A DNA stretch of 64,000 nt from Eledone cirrhosa (Eukaryota). This document shows positions 1 to 13,600 of the stretch, piece after piece. The translations under genes were made by a program, and so were the position numbers. Every line of letters begins with the position of its first letter. Position 1 is the first letter of the stretch. The stretch lies in the NCBI GenBank assembly GCA_964016885.1, contig OZ024742.1, positions 276,272,001 to 276,336,000 on the forward strand, read 5' to 3'. The notes below the pieces were generated by a model, which saw only the letters and a list, made by a program, of their open reading frames with translations, searched no databases and was not told where the DNA came from.

Positions 1-232
1 ACCTATATAATTGTGAAGTAAAAGCACATCTGAAAGACACAATACAACTGCTGCTGCAAAGTTCAGACTTTATACTAGCACCATATACTATGCCATATAG
101 TCACTATACATTACAAAAAAAAATTAAAGAAAAAAGAAAATATAAAAATTTGTAGATAAATCTTTGCTAAAGAAATTTCATTATTAAATCTTAATTGAAA
201 ATTGACAAAAACAAAGCCAATAAATAACTTAC

Positions 233-341
233 CTTTGATGACCCCAGTGCATTGCTATAATCAACAATATTACACAAAATAAGAGTGAAACTGCAACAAC
301 AATTTTACAGGTATTGTTAAAGCTGGTATCAGTTTGAGGAC
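233..341 (-). CDS. BMPR1: Type I BMP receptor, transmembrane exon
   Basis: Acceptor cttgtattttcag, donor AAG|GTAAGT; 109 nt, phase 1 to 2, in frame with exon B. Encodes (G)PQTDTSFNNTCKIVVAVSLLFCVILLIIAMHWGHQ(R). A possible next acceptor (tatatag|GT) sits at positions 3-4 at the window edge. Confidence 0.85.
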
Positions 342-799
342 CTGAAAATACAAGAATAACACAAATATATTAGAGCAATCTCAATCTTCAATTAAACGTA
401 TGCAATTGTTGTCTAATTATATATAGGTGAAAAGATATAATCAGTTGAATTGACAGTAGTCAGTTATTCATTTATCTTTGGCATGGTGGTGATATAACTA
501 CTGTGACTTACAATTTCTAACATAGACCAATACCTTGTGAACACAAACATCAACATAATAATTTGAAAATCATAGGTTCTATGTTTCAGTAGAAATATGG
601 TAATACAACTAAACTTTTGGGCATGTCATCAGAACAATTGTCCTGCAAGATCTTATTTTAGCAGAGTCAATCAGATTTGTTTCAAAGAGCAGAGTAACCT
701 TCTGAAAACCAACATGAAGGAAGTATAAGTCTTTGTTTATGGAGGATACCAATGGTAAGTGAAGTATGCGAAAAGATGATATCTAATCACGGAGTGAAA

Positions 800-1720
800 C
801 AGCTTGAGGAAGTTGAGACTACAAGAAAAACAATTCCGACATCAGAAACATTATCTGCCATTCTATCATGCCTCTTGCAAAACTACCCATGTATGGGTTT
901 CATCTACCTCTTATGCCTGGAATGGTGGTTTTCTATAAGATTGCACCCTTGCAGTGTGTGCTGATAGAGCTTTCTCTGACCCATACTCTACTGACTTGGG
1001 TGTTCCCCAAGCTTCAGTTCTGCCTCCTACACTCTTCAACAATCTATTTAGTGTCACCCCCAACAACACTCACTCCTATACCACTCTTCATTCTACTGTA
1101 ACCTTCCACAACCAAGTGTCATGCACATGCAGCATAGAGACCTCACATCAAATCTGCACTAACTTCATGATCAGAAAATTCAAAATTATCCCCCAATGAG
1201 TTATGCCAATCTTGTCTACTTCAACAGTACAAAGGCACATTCACTAAACATATCTAGAAAATATTATCACACACCTCAATCAGTAGCTCTAATTAAGTAC
1301 TGACTTAGTCTGTGATGACTTGGCTAACCCTTGCTAGCAGGATCAATGGATGTTAAGTGGTGGTGATGATAATCACTCTGTCTAAATATGGATGACATGC
1401 AATTAGAACCTACCAGGTCACCACAAATGCTAGACCTCACCATTTTTTTAGGATATCTCCTGGCAAACACACCACTTCAACATGGCCAAAACCGCATCAC
1501 AAAGTCAAGCTGCCCTCTTCAGCCCCTAACAACCATTAACTTTACAAAGCTCAAGTGAGACCTCAATGACACAGTGCTCCCACATCTGGGATGGTGCTAC
1601 TACTACTACACACACCAAACTTTGACTTCATTTTAAGAAAGGCTACTCAACTGACCGTCATGAAGTTGCTCACCAACACACTTCAATCTCTGGTCACAGT
1701 CCTGTTGTCTCTTCATATTG
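800..1720 (+). mobile_element. Degenerate LINE RT/C-terminal fragment (CR1/L2/jockey group)
   Basis: GVPQASVLPPTLF (GVPQGS motif) in ORF 954..1199; a KAQVRP...CSHIWDGA-like motif near 1546-1600; many stops. Confidence 0.6.
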
Positions 1721-1821
1721 CTAACCTTGCAACTGTGAAATGATAATGGCACATGTAATTGACCAAATATACTGAAGTAAATGGAAGCACAATAGGATGG
1801 TTGTAAGAAATTTTGGAATCA

Positions 1822-1957
1822 TGACATAGCTGGATGGTTAAGAAGTCTGCTTCACAATCACATGGTTTTAGATTCGATCTCGCTGTATGGCACCTGAGCC
1901 TCCTGTTGACTCAGAGCCTTGTAAGTGAAATTTGGTAAACAGAAATTGTGTGGAAGC
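1822..1957 (+). mobile_element. tRNA-derived SINE, second family (degenerate)
   Basis: A-box-like tagctggatggttaag and B-box-like gattcgatct; related copies near 52985-53110 (+) and 15590-15760, 33860-33990, 43050-43310 (-). Confidence 0.45.
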
Positions 1958-1979
1958 TGAGAGAGAGAGTAAGAGAGAG

Positions 1980-2022
<43 letters not shown>

Positions 2023-2072
2023 GTGTGCGTGCGTGGGTGGGTGGGTGCGTGCGTATGTGTGCGCGCGCGCGC
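1958..2072. repeat. Compound (GA)n(GT)n(GC)n microsatellite
   Basis: Direct reading of the sequence. Confidence 0.95.
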
Positions 2073-3469
2073 ATGCCTGCACATGTGTTCATGTGTGAGC
2101 CTGTCTTTTACTGATGTGTATTGAAAAGCATCAACAAGATGATGCTCACTTGTCACTCTTGCTATCAGAAATGCAATGAAGTCCCTCCTGCCCTCTTTTA
2201 TAGATCACATTGATGAAAATTATGTTAAAATAGGCTGTACAACATTGTATAACAACGAAACATGGGCAGTGAAAATTAAGATGGGATGACACGGCGAGAA
2301 AAAAATGATTTGTTGAAAATGCCATGTGAACTTCGAAATCAGGCTATCCAAATAAATACAATGGGTTAAGAAAGCAACTGAATGTTAGAAGAATTGGTAG
2401 ATAAAAAAAAAGGTGATTTAGATGAACATGAGATTAGAATGGTTTGTCTGTGCTAGATGTAAAGTGTCATGTGGTAACAGTAAAAAGTAGGTTAGATAAT
2501 GACAGACTAAGGAAGAATTGAAATGAAAAATATATTAGTGAGATCAAATCTTAAAAAAAAGATCTCATAGATAAACTGTTGTGGAAGAAGCTCATACATA
2601 TATTATTTGTGAAAATAAGCCAGTTCTTTAGACTTGTTGGCATGGGAAAAAGAGAATTAACAGAAATATGATAGAGGTGGTGGTGATAATGATGGTAGTG
2701 ATTATGTAAAAACTATGACACTTATCACATATGCAGCAAGTGGGAGTTGAAAGTAAAATAATAGTAATTAAAAAAAAGAGGAAAATTTAGGTATTTCAAA
2801 ACTTACTTATAAACACTTCTCGGCAAAGATGTTCTGTTAGAGAACAAGTTGCAGGTGGCAGATTGCAATACAGCCAACAGATATGATGGTTAGCTGCGAT
2901 ATAAGCAGGATCCTGCCAACAGTGGCACACTACAATGGGTGACACCGTTAGTTCCCAAGAAAACTCTCATAATCCAGTGATGGAACTATGATGAGACAAG
3001 TAAAGGCTGCCTCTAAAAAACGCCTAGTCTTCGCGAGTCTGAGGAAAGTACCAAATTGATGACTGGCACGAATGAGGCCACCAAAACACTGCAATATGGC
3101 CCAAAACAGTAAAGTCATCTGTACTGCATCATCTTTCATGTGGGATAACAAGGAACATGTTCAGGTAGAGGAGCCTGTTCGAAAAATATATTGCAATCTC
3201 CACCCAACACTGACAGAATTGGTGATGGGTCTGTGACCTGTCCTGGGAGGCATAAACTAGAAGCACAAAGGTTTGTGGCCACACACATCCAACACAAAGA
3301 TTGTTAACCAGACATGATTCCATGTGAGGACCAGATATTGATACAATACTTGATTGTATTAATCTGTATTTTCAGCTACACACTATTTATGCCACCCTAA
3401 GAACAGCTCTGGTACAACACCATTACAGATGAATTCCCCTCTGGAATATAAAGTTGAATGACCAAACAA

Positions 3470-4035
3470 ATGAAGGAGCTTTTTAACAAGAGTTGTTGAA
3501 AAGAAGAGACAAGCCTGGAGAAAATGAAGGAATGCAAGAGACAAAGCAATATCAGATAGCTAGAAGGTGCCAAGTATATCTAGCGAAGGGAGAGGCAGAA
3601 AAGAAAAGGTTTGCACGTGTTCTGTGTCATGAAGATCAGAGGTGTGAAGTGTTCAGGATTGCAAGACTGTATGCTAGAGAAAATTGTGATGAGGTCAGAG
3701 AAAAGTGTATTCAAAATGATAGTGGAACAATTAATTGCCTTGTCAGTTGCCAAAAAGGAGGAGGCATGGAAGACATACTATGAGAGACTGCTGAATGAGG
3801 AAAATAAATGGGACAATAAGGGCCTACCTGATGCAGACACTACTAAGAATTCAGCCATAAAAGTTGACAGCAGTATGATAGATAAAACTGTCTGGCAACC
3901 TCTCTAGGCCTTGTGGCATGATAAAGTGCACCCAGTCCACACTTTAAAGTTGTTGGTGAAAACCCTTACCAAAATTATGGAAAGCACAACTTATAAATTC
4001 ACACTAATTACTGTCCAACTTATGCAAGCATGGAA
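3470..4035 (+). mobile_element. RTE-clade LINE internal fragment plus 3' end remnant
   Basis: ARRCQVYLAKGEAEKKRFARVL and AWKTYYERLLNEENKWD match the same region of the RTE at 29630-30250. Confidence 0.75.
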
Positions 4036-4132
4036 AAACAGACATAAAAGGATAATTATTCCAGTTCTTAGGTGTGTAAAATACTAATTAGTTAAAATAG
4101 GTCCTCCAAAAGCAAAGGCGTATACTACTTAC

Positions 4133-4253
4133 CTGGGATAGGAGTCGTACTTCGCTCTATGAATGTGGGTTTTAAATCTCTATTGCAGTAATCTTCCCAG
4201 TCACAGCATGCTACAGTTTGAGGTGTAACATGAGGAACCAAATCTCCTTTACA
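4133..4253 (-). CDS. BMPR1: Type I BMP receptor, ectodomain exon B (cysteine box)
   Basis: Acceptor ttattattcag, donor CAG|GTAAGT; 121 nt, phase 0 to 1, in frame with exon A. Encodes CKGDLVPHVTPQTVACCDWEDYCNRDLKPTFIERSTTPIP; CCDWEDYCNRDL resembles the Tkv/BMPR1 Cys box. Total of 10 Cys with exon A. Confidence 0.9.
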
Positions 4254-4593
4254 CTGAATAATAAATAAATAGTTTTACATAAATATATATTTAAATATAC
4301 ATGTAAACCTATACACACATACATGTATTGACATAGACAAGTACATACATACACATAATTTTATGAAACACTACCACTTTGCCAAAAAATCTGTCTTCAG
4401 TTGGCTCATGCCACTTTCAAAAGAATGTAAAGGAAGACATGATTAAGGTGTTTACCATCTCTTTCCAGAAGCTAATAATCATTTTATAGTGCAAGTACAT
4501 ATATAATACACACTATATATATATATCCATACACATGCATAACATCAGTTAGGTTTCAGTGCCCACAGCAAGTCAAACCATAAATAATTTAAC

Positions 4594-4595
<2 letters not shown>

Positions 4596-4686
<91 letters not shown>
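4596..4686. repeat. (AG)n microsatellite
   Basis: Direct reading. Confidence 0.97.
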
Positions 4687-4687
<1 letters not shown>

Positions 4688-5254
4688 ATGTGTGTCTAAC
4701 ATATGCAAAAGAAAGGAAATTAATTAGATAAATAATAGAATGAAAAGTTGAATGATGAAGTGAAAAACCAGAGAAAAATCTTGATTAAATTTAATTGTTG
4801 ATTAAGAAACAAGTACTACTGTCAACTCTGACACAAAATGTCCATTCTTGTAAGTTCAGTGTGGTCTGAACACAATTATTTAACGACACCCTGCTCTAGT
4901 AATTATTTTCAGTCTGAAAACACCAGAAATATTTACTGGTTGGCTCAACTTTATAAACACACCCAGAATGATCTGTAAAGTGGTTGGCAATAGGAAGGGC
5001 ATTGAACTGTAGAAAACCTACCAAACAAAGGACCAAGAGGACTCTTCAGCTGTGTCAAAGCCATGGCAACTTCCTTAGTGTTGGTGCCCTGATAATATGC
5101 ACTTGGTAGAGCACAGAATCATGTGTTGAGCCTATCATCTAACCAACAACATATAAGATTGCATAGCCAGTCCAACCCATGCAAGTGTGGAAAGTGGACT
5201 TAAGATGATGTTGATGACTGGAATATGTCACACTGTCTTTATGTTTATTATATA

Positions 5255-5447
5255 GGGAGGTGGATTGGCAGTATCGGTAGAGGGTCGGACGCCATGCTTT
5301 GCAGCATAGAGTTATGGCCCTTTATGATCTGAGTTCAAATCCCGCTGAGGTTAACTTTGCCTTTCATCCTCACGGGGTCGATAAAATAAAGTACCAGTAA
5401 TGCACTGGGATAATTGCTGGCCTTGTGCCAAAAGTAGAAATAATTAT
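5255..5447 (+). mobile_element. Young tRNA-derived SINE, full length (family 1)
   Basis: A box TGGCAGTATCGG, B box GAGTTCAAATCCC, conserved core GCCTTTCATCC..GGGGTCGATAAAATAAAGTACCAG, short (ATT)n tail; many near-identical copies in the window. Confidence 0.88.
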
Positions 5448-6514
5448 ATTTGAGTTCCAGTTCTTTACCAAAAATATTGTAAGTTGTTTTTCATAAATAA
5501 TGCTTGCAACTATGCTTGCAGTTATGTTTAAAAACAATTAACTAAAATAATCCCAATCATTACCAATATAGTCTTGCTAAGTCCCAGAACCATAGATGTC
5601 ATAGCAATGTGTATTTATAGATAAAACAAACAGATTAACTGGTGCTTTTAACCCACCACTATTATATGACTGATAATACATGTAGCATCTAATAGGCTTT
5701 AGAAGTTCAATAGGTTGAAAGAATATTACACTTATGGCTTTCTCACATACAGAAGCCATTTTTGTTTTCATGCAAGACATATGTATATATTTGTTGGTGA
5801 TATTCATTTAGAGTGAACATTGGTATGATCAACCTGCCCATACCCCTCATTCAATCATTTGTCCCACACCCTCTCTCTTGTGTGTATATATTAATAAATA
5901 CATTGAATTTCAAGTCCCAAAGCCAGGTTCAATGGATAAGCCGCATGCATTTTTGGGGGGAACGCTTGATATTTAAACAAAAACAAAAAAACTGCAACAT
6001 ACCTGAAAGATAGTTATATTGGTGTTAACATAATGAATGTAATGGGCATTAACTATCTAATTAGATATATTTATGCAGTGAACAAAAACGCTCAATGATT
6101 AATATCATTCAAATAAATTTAGCAAATACGGGAGACAATTCTGGACTTTGTTTTGGCCTTATTAGACCTTTTCAGCTAAGTACGGTCTTCACTACCAAAG
6201 TAATAATCAGAGAATTACAAATTAGATGAGCAATAATGTACACAACATCCAGTATAATTGCTCAGGTTTTCTACAGTAGTGGATCAAAAATGGTTGGATA
6301 GAAAGGAAAAGTGCACACAAGTAAGCATGATGTTTTTCCTTACCACATAATTATTTTTAATTAGTGTTTTGGTGCACACTACATTGAATAAGTAACCACT
6401 AACTTTTTCATGCTGATAATACTTCTGAGCAAAGTATATGTAGGCTACTTCAGATTATTCAACACATTCTAGCAATTTACTAGGCTTCAATACACTAACT
6501 TATTATTGTTGACA

Positions 6515-6614
6515 AATTGACTTTGCCTTTCATCCTTACGGGGTCGATAAAATAAAGTGCCAGTAATGCACTCGGTAATTGCTGGCCTTGTGCCTAAAGT
6601 AGAAACAATTATTA
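6515..6614 (+). mobile_element. SINE family 1, 3' half
   Basis: Core and tail match the 5255 copy. Confidence 0.8.
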
Positions 6615-7439
6615 TATATAACATTATTATGAAAAATTGGAAAAAAGATTTAGTACAAACTAATGGCTTCTGAGATTTATAGTGAACAATAAGAAAATTG
6701 ATTTTAAAGTCTGTTTTTCTTTTTTATCCATGTTTCCAAGTTAAATAGTGTTATTTATGTTTTACACACACCCTTGATGTGAAATGACTAGGCTTTGCTA
6801 GAAGCACAACTACTGCTATGTAGCCTGACCTTGTAGTTCAGAGTCCAGTACATAATCCTACACCTAAAGTGATTATAATTCTCACTTTCACTCTAAATAT
6901 AACATATGACAATAATTAATATTAATAATGACTTCTATCTTGAGTACAAGAACATGAATTTGTAAGAAAGGAGTCAATTGAATCAATTCCATTAGATTAC
7001 TACTAGCTTAGCACATTTTATTGATCTGAAAGAAATGAAATCAAAGTCAACCTCACTGGGATTTTAACTTAGAGTGTAGGATAGAACTAAATACTGTTTA
7101 GCATTATATTTAGTGCTCTGCTGCTTCTACCAATCTACCACAATAATAATTATTTCTAACTTTAGCATAACGCCAGCAATTTGGGTGAAGAGGAAAGTCA
7201 ATTATATATTTCAAGAATTGCCATCCCTTGACCTTTTTCTCATACATGAGTGACATGAACATGGCATTTTAGCCATTCCATGCCATGCCATGCTTTTTTA
7301 AGAGCAGGAGGATTTTAAAAGTTATGGTTAACTAGCCTTCATAGCACGCCAAATAGTACTACATCATGGAATCCTGCATTAGGAGCCTAGAGTAGTCCCA
7401 TGGAGTAAGTAGAGATAAATACAACATAAGCAACTTCAG

Positions 7440-8750
7440 GAGGAGGGGGAGGGTCCACCTAGAACCATAAGAGGTAGTGTTACTTTCAAGTGCAGACAAG
7501 CACCAAAGAAGTCAGCCCTTCTGATAATTATTTGCAGTCCCCCTCTGAGTGTCTCAAGGGTCTCACTCAGACAGAGACTGCAAACGCAGGAGCCACCTCC
7601 ATCTAGGGGCACCTCACAGACCATGGACAAATCTAAAGAGTATGGGGTCTTATCTATCTTAAGCTTCCATATCAGCTCTAAAAAGGCTATGCCTTTTCAT
7701 TAATTGATCCTATTAAAGAAAGGTGGTGATTGAAGCTAGTTGGCACAGCTCCTATGTGTCTATATGCTGAGTCGGGGATAGTGACCTTGGACTGGTAAAA
7801 TAGATTTTTCACCAGGTGTTTATTCCCAAGCGGACATGAGTAAGGGTTTCTGCAGTTGCATAATTAGGTCACCACCAATGTATCGCCCATGGCATGTCTA
7901 GCGGAGAGGCCAAAGCAGCCAGTCACAGGAACTTGCAGAGGGTCCCCAAGGCTGTCAGTGTTCACTGGGATGGTTACAGGGTCAGTGTTAACCCCACCAG
8001 TAGTAGTACTAGTTGGCACATGTCTCAAAGTCCTTAACTTATTAATGTTCATGCTAGGTATGTGTCAAGCTAAGTTATGCATGTTGGAGTATGAGAGCTT
8101 CATCTTGTTTCAATTGAAAATCTCATAGTACCTGTGAGTCCTCAGAAAGCATTTACCTAGCATCCTAAAGAATAAATTGGCCAGGCTGGTCAGGAGTCCC
8201 ACGGAGTATGGTGGATTATATGAGATTATTCATTTATATCTAGTTCTGTTGCTAAAAGGATGGGTTGGGGTGCTATCGAGCCATTGAGTATTCATAGGGG
8301 TTGCCCCGCCTTGAGGATGACCGTTGTCGCACTATGTAGTAATGTCCTTGACAATAGGGCAACAGAGGCTAGTACCACTATTTCTATGTTGAAGTGTTTC
8401 ATTGCCTACCCTATTTTGTGTGCTGTGATTGGGGACACATGGGCTTAGGTGGTTTGAAAAGGCATTTGTGTCTCGCATTATGTGTTTATTTAGATGAATT
8501 TTCAGATTTTATTGAACTCTCACCAGAAGATGTGTATATCATTCAATCAACCACAAGGAAACATGTAATGTTTGATGGGTATATATATTTGTGTAACCAT
8601 AGTGATTTCCAGAGGTTAACTGAGGAGATAGGGCTGCCAGTCTTTCTGTTATTTTTTCCGTTGTCTTTGTCCTGTGCTCCCCCTATTTTGAATTCATATT
8701 CTAAAGACTTAGTCATGCGGGCTTTTTTTGAAACTGTATAAATACATATA
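7440..8750 (-). mobile_element. Penelope-like element remnant (linker and GIY-YIG endonuclease region)
   Basis: Minus-strand translation gives YNPPYS...YEIFN...KLSYSNMHNL, CNCRNPYSCPLGNKHLVKNLFYQSKV and CSLCLSE...GACLH, the typical PLE C-terminal motifs; frameshifted. Confidence 0.65.
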
Positions 8751-9186
8751 TAATGCATATACTGGCAGAAAACGGTTCAGAAGACAGTGTTACTCTTAAC
8801 AACAATGATGATGAAAGTTTCATAGGTACATTGGGTGGGTAGATACAATACATTTAATCAATCCCTGTACACAACTAGGATTGATTAAATACTGCAATAG
8901 TGCTACAAACAACACCGAACATGACATTTATTGCAGTCATAAAACTACAAATTGTTTGATTCTTAACTGCAGCTTTGGTTTCAATAGATCTTGCAGTATA
9001 AACATTTGTAAGTAGTCATCGAATTTCCAACATAACTGCAAGGCTACCTTGTCTTATTTATTATCCACACATTAGAACTGATAATAATTCTATGTGGAAT
9101 TAATTCCCACAGGTTTAGCAATTTCTTGCCACCTGTTTAGAACCTATGACAAAGAAAAACATGACTACCCACCCTGTTCCTGTTCA

Positions 9187-9188
<2 letters not shown>

Positions 9189-9253
<65 letters not shown>
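9189..9253. repeat. (CT)n(CA)n microsatellite
   Basis: Direct reading. Confidence 0.97.
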
Positions 9254-9254
<1 letters not shown>

Positions 9255-10066
9255 TTTGTTGTGCCTGTATGTACATATATGCTTTAGGCATAAACCATAT
9301 ACTTTTACATGAAATATTTCATTCACATTTCCCTGTAAAAATTAAAATCAGACTCAATGTTCAATATTACTTATATTTCAACAGTCTGTGAGTTGGGGGC
9401 AGCAAGTTGATGAGAGCCAGACTAACAGATTGCCTTACAGTATTTAATTTTGCCAACCTAGATTCTACTACTAAAGGGTGAGCTTTGTTTTTCAACCCAC
9501 CAGACTTGACAACACATGTGCCAATAAATATAATGGGATCAATTTAAACCCCTTATGATCATATTTCTAAGGAAATACATTGTATTACAATCAAATAATG
9601 AAAAGTATGGAAAGATTTACTAAAATTATTAATTGTTTTAATATTAAGATGGTATATATGAGATAACTTAAGGTTCTTATATTAAATTATGTTAGAAGAT
9701 TTTAATTTAAAACAGGGACAAGGCTGTTTCATAGAAACAAGGGCAGTTTGGAGCAGGTCAGTATCAAAAGGGTTAATTAACAATACCTTCACTTCTGCAA
9801 ATATTGGCATTGAGCTTAGTTAAAAGAAATCAAAATTCAAAGAATCAGCAAGTGTTGTAAAGAAAGAAGCATCCAACAAACAGAATTCATAATTCTATCT
9901 CAATTCCCAGCTGCTTTCATTTCACTTAACTCATTCATTTCTAATATTCTCAATAAAAGTATTCACATTCTTTTAATTATTCTGACGCCTTGTGATTATG
10001 TAAGAACTCAATTGTCAAGAAACCAGAGTTATCTATCTTCAGTTTGTTTGTTCATAATCTTCCTTT

Positions 10067-10670
10067 AGCTGAGAAATCGGTAGATAAAGTAATCAAAGTA
10101 GTTAGCGTAAGTGATAGAATTAGCAAACTTAGAATAGTCAATAGGCAATAAAATTACAACAATTATCTCTAGCTATGGACGCTACACACACAGGCAGGAA
10201 TAAGTAAAGAACAAAAAGACCACTTTTATTTTAAAAAACCTTTACAGACAACCTCAGTTACTGATGACAGAGACCTCATCATCCTAGCAGGCAACTTCAC
10301 TGAACGTATCTTACAACACAAGGATTGCTACAGCGGTGTACACAATGGCTATGGCTATGTCTCGAGAAATGGAGAAAGAATGAGGCTCTTGGAATTCTGT
10401 GATGCAAATGATTTAACCATTTGCAATACTAACTTCAGGAAACCAGTCAGTCACCTGATCACTTACCAGTCACGTGAACACACAAGCCAGATTGACTTCA
10501 AACTTGTTAGAAAACAAGATAAACAGATGGTTAGAAATATTAAGACTCTCCCTGGAGAAGAATGCTCACGGAGGAGATGACAAAGAAATATGACAAGTGG
10601 AGAGATGCTGTACTGAGAAGGACCTGTCTAACCCATGCAAGCATGGAACTACGGACATAAAATAATGATA
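10067..10670 (+). mobile_element. RTE LINE AP-endonuclease fragment joined to a 3' end
   Basis: RLLEFCDANDLTICNTNFRKPVSHLITYQSREHTSQIDF matches the RTE endonuclease at 30454-31328. Confidence 0.8.
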
Positions 10671-13600
10671 TTGTGGTGTTGCAGAATTACTATATTAGAT
10701 TCCTAAAGAAGTAAATAATGAATATATATAACCTATTTTCCTGTGAGAAGAATTAACCCAAATACTGTAGATTACTAAAACTGCGCTTCAGATTCCAGTT
10801 GGTTCAGTGATCCGTCATTGGATAATTCCTTCTCTGTTCTGCAGTAAATAGGATGAGGGGAGTCTAAAGCCTTATTCAGTTACAAAGTGTACAAAGTCGA
10901 ACACCAGTGATGAACTAAGAACTAGTAACTGTTCAGACAAGTAACTGGCACCTATGGCCAAGAAAAGAAGGCTTTTCTTGGCCATAGTGACTCTTTATAG
11001 TGAATACATAAGGTAGCTAATATAATCTAAACCATATCAAATTTTGTTTAGATACCTAGTATTAAAACAGGATGATTAAATAAGCAGAAGTAAAAGAAGT
11101 GGTGTTTCTTTCACTTAAAAAAGATAATGAAACATCACTTAAAATACCTACATGGATATTTCAGAAATGTTTTCTTTTTTTATAATTATTACAAAATAAT
11201 TTTAAAAAGTAAGAGTTGAAAAAGACTTGATACAATAAAAAAGAATTGTTAAAATTATTTTAAAAAGCTAGTAGAATCCAACTTGCATTGTACTGGTTTT
11301 TAAAAAGAAAAAAGCAATTTTAACTATGATGATCCCCTTAGTCCTAAAATTGGAATACCAATCCATATCAGGCTTCCAAAATGTCATACTAATTCTAAGG
11401 TGTAAAATGAAATTTAGAAAATAGTCCCTTGTTTCAACATTAATGAAACTAATTTGAACTCTGAGGATAAATCATTTTAAACTCATCATGCGTATCTCTC
11501 TTATCCACTATACAAAATTATTTTAACTCTGCAACTTCTTTTTGTAAACATATATTTTGAAACTACTTCCTTAACCAATAAACATATAATGTTAATCTTT
11601 TTATCTATCTACTTCTAGTTGTGAATTACCATCCTACTTAAAGTTGTACAATTTTTTTAATTTTGAAAACATAACAGCAGAAACTACACAAACAACTTTA
11701 TCTTAAACACACATTAAGTAAATTCTTAAGAATTGTTTTGTGATTATGCCAACATAGGTAGTTATTTTATCAACCAGATCATTTTGTAAACTGATAAATA
11801 TGTCATATCTGCCATTTTACTATCCTAGATACCTATGAGTTGAAAACTCTTTTTCGGGCTTTCATCACTCTAGACACCTAAACTGGTTGGCTGTCAAATA
11901 TTTATTCTTTGCATACAAATGTGTACTCTCCTTACAATAATCCACATTACTAAAGTCAATATCAAGTTAATGGTGACCACATTAGGTAAAATTGTATTCA
12001 TTTAGATATTATTGGTTTGATATTACTACAAACTGCAAAAACAAGTTGGCCACTATTTGTACAAAGCATACTTCAAGCAATTACGTATTGCAGTGTAAAG
12101 TATATCAAGCATGGGATCAAGCACATTGTGTTTAAAGTGATTTCTGATGTCAAATGCAAAATAAGTAAATATTTATATTGTTAAAAAAAATTTTTTAGAA
12201 AGAAAACATTCAGTAATCTTAGAATTCACTGCATAGAGGAGGCCGTGGTGGGTTATAGGAACAAAAGCAAACCACTAAAAGAATTATGCCAGCCAAGTCA
12301 ACTCAATATCATTACAACTCTAAAATTAAAATAATCTATATATAAATTTCTGCGATCCTGTCACAACACGTAAAGAGAGAGGAGTAGTTTGACTACTTCA
12401 TACTACTCCTCTCTTTACATCTGCTGCCTATGTGAATGTATGTGTGTAAAGGAAGGAAGGGGATGGTGAAAAACCTACGCTGTGTGCAAGTGTATGTGTT
12501 TGTGCGAATGTGTGTCTGTGAGCATGTATTTTTGTAAGTGTGTCTGTGTTTGCACATTTATATTTATATACTCATACATATAAATGTATGCATATGCACA
12601 CACACACACATATACACATATGTACCAGCATATGGAAAAAAATTCTAGCAAAAAAGAAACTCTGAAAATTGTCCCAAAATATTATTCTCAATTCTAGCTG
12701 AATAAATCATATCAAGATTAGTTACAACTTTATTTAATATTAAATAACTTTATACAGCACAAAGTAAGAAATATCAAGTTAAAATATTCCATTGATATAA
12801 GCCATCTTGAATAACAATCACTAGCATAAACATTTAATTTGAAACCATGTCAATAAATTTACATTTACTTTTAAAAAATACATTATTGTCTCAGCAAGAG
12901 AATGTATTATTTTTAACTTCGTTTGGTTTTCAGTTACATAAATGTAATTTTCAAATTGATTTCTTTCCTACACTGTTACAAAGCTGTTCAAATCAGAAAA
13001 GGTGCATAACAGTTACTTTTGAAAGCCTTACTATGTAGAATCAATTAAGATATTAATATACATCTACATTAGCCACTTGTTATAAGCTGAAAGGCTTTAC
13101 TTCACACAAATGTCTGCAATCTGACTGACAAAAAAAAATGACAACTACAAATAGAACAATGAATACCTCTAAGTAACAAGTGCAAACAGCTCTCCAAGAG
13201 AGAACAACAATAAAATGTCTACTACTACTATTGCTGCTGCAACACTAGTAATTGTCATCATTATCAACAATAACAATACTTGACTACATTTTTGTCAACA
13301 ATGATAGACAAAAGACAAATGTAACAAAAAAAGTCTCTAACACTGACTTAATAAAAAAAAAAGGTATTATTCATAAATTTATAAATGTAACAACAGAGAA
13401 TAGCTACATACAATGTCTCATTAAAAGCTTTTTAACATCATTTCTTTATATAAACAGAAGTTAAGAACAGAATAACAAAGCTTAATGGAGTAGGCCAAAA
13501 GCCAGCTGGTGATATCTAGTCAAAAGGCATGATTCAGTCAACAGAAAGACAAGCTGCTTTCAATAAAAATTCATTTACAATTACCTTAAAGGTTATAAGT

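Noticed and set aside
1858-2156. His/Thr- and Val/Cys-rich ORFs (also 31789-32145, 34255-34656, 57769-58443)
   Set aside because: Translations of microsatellites.
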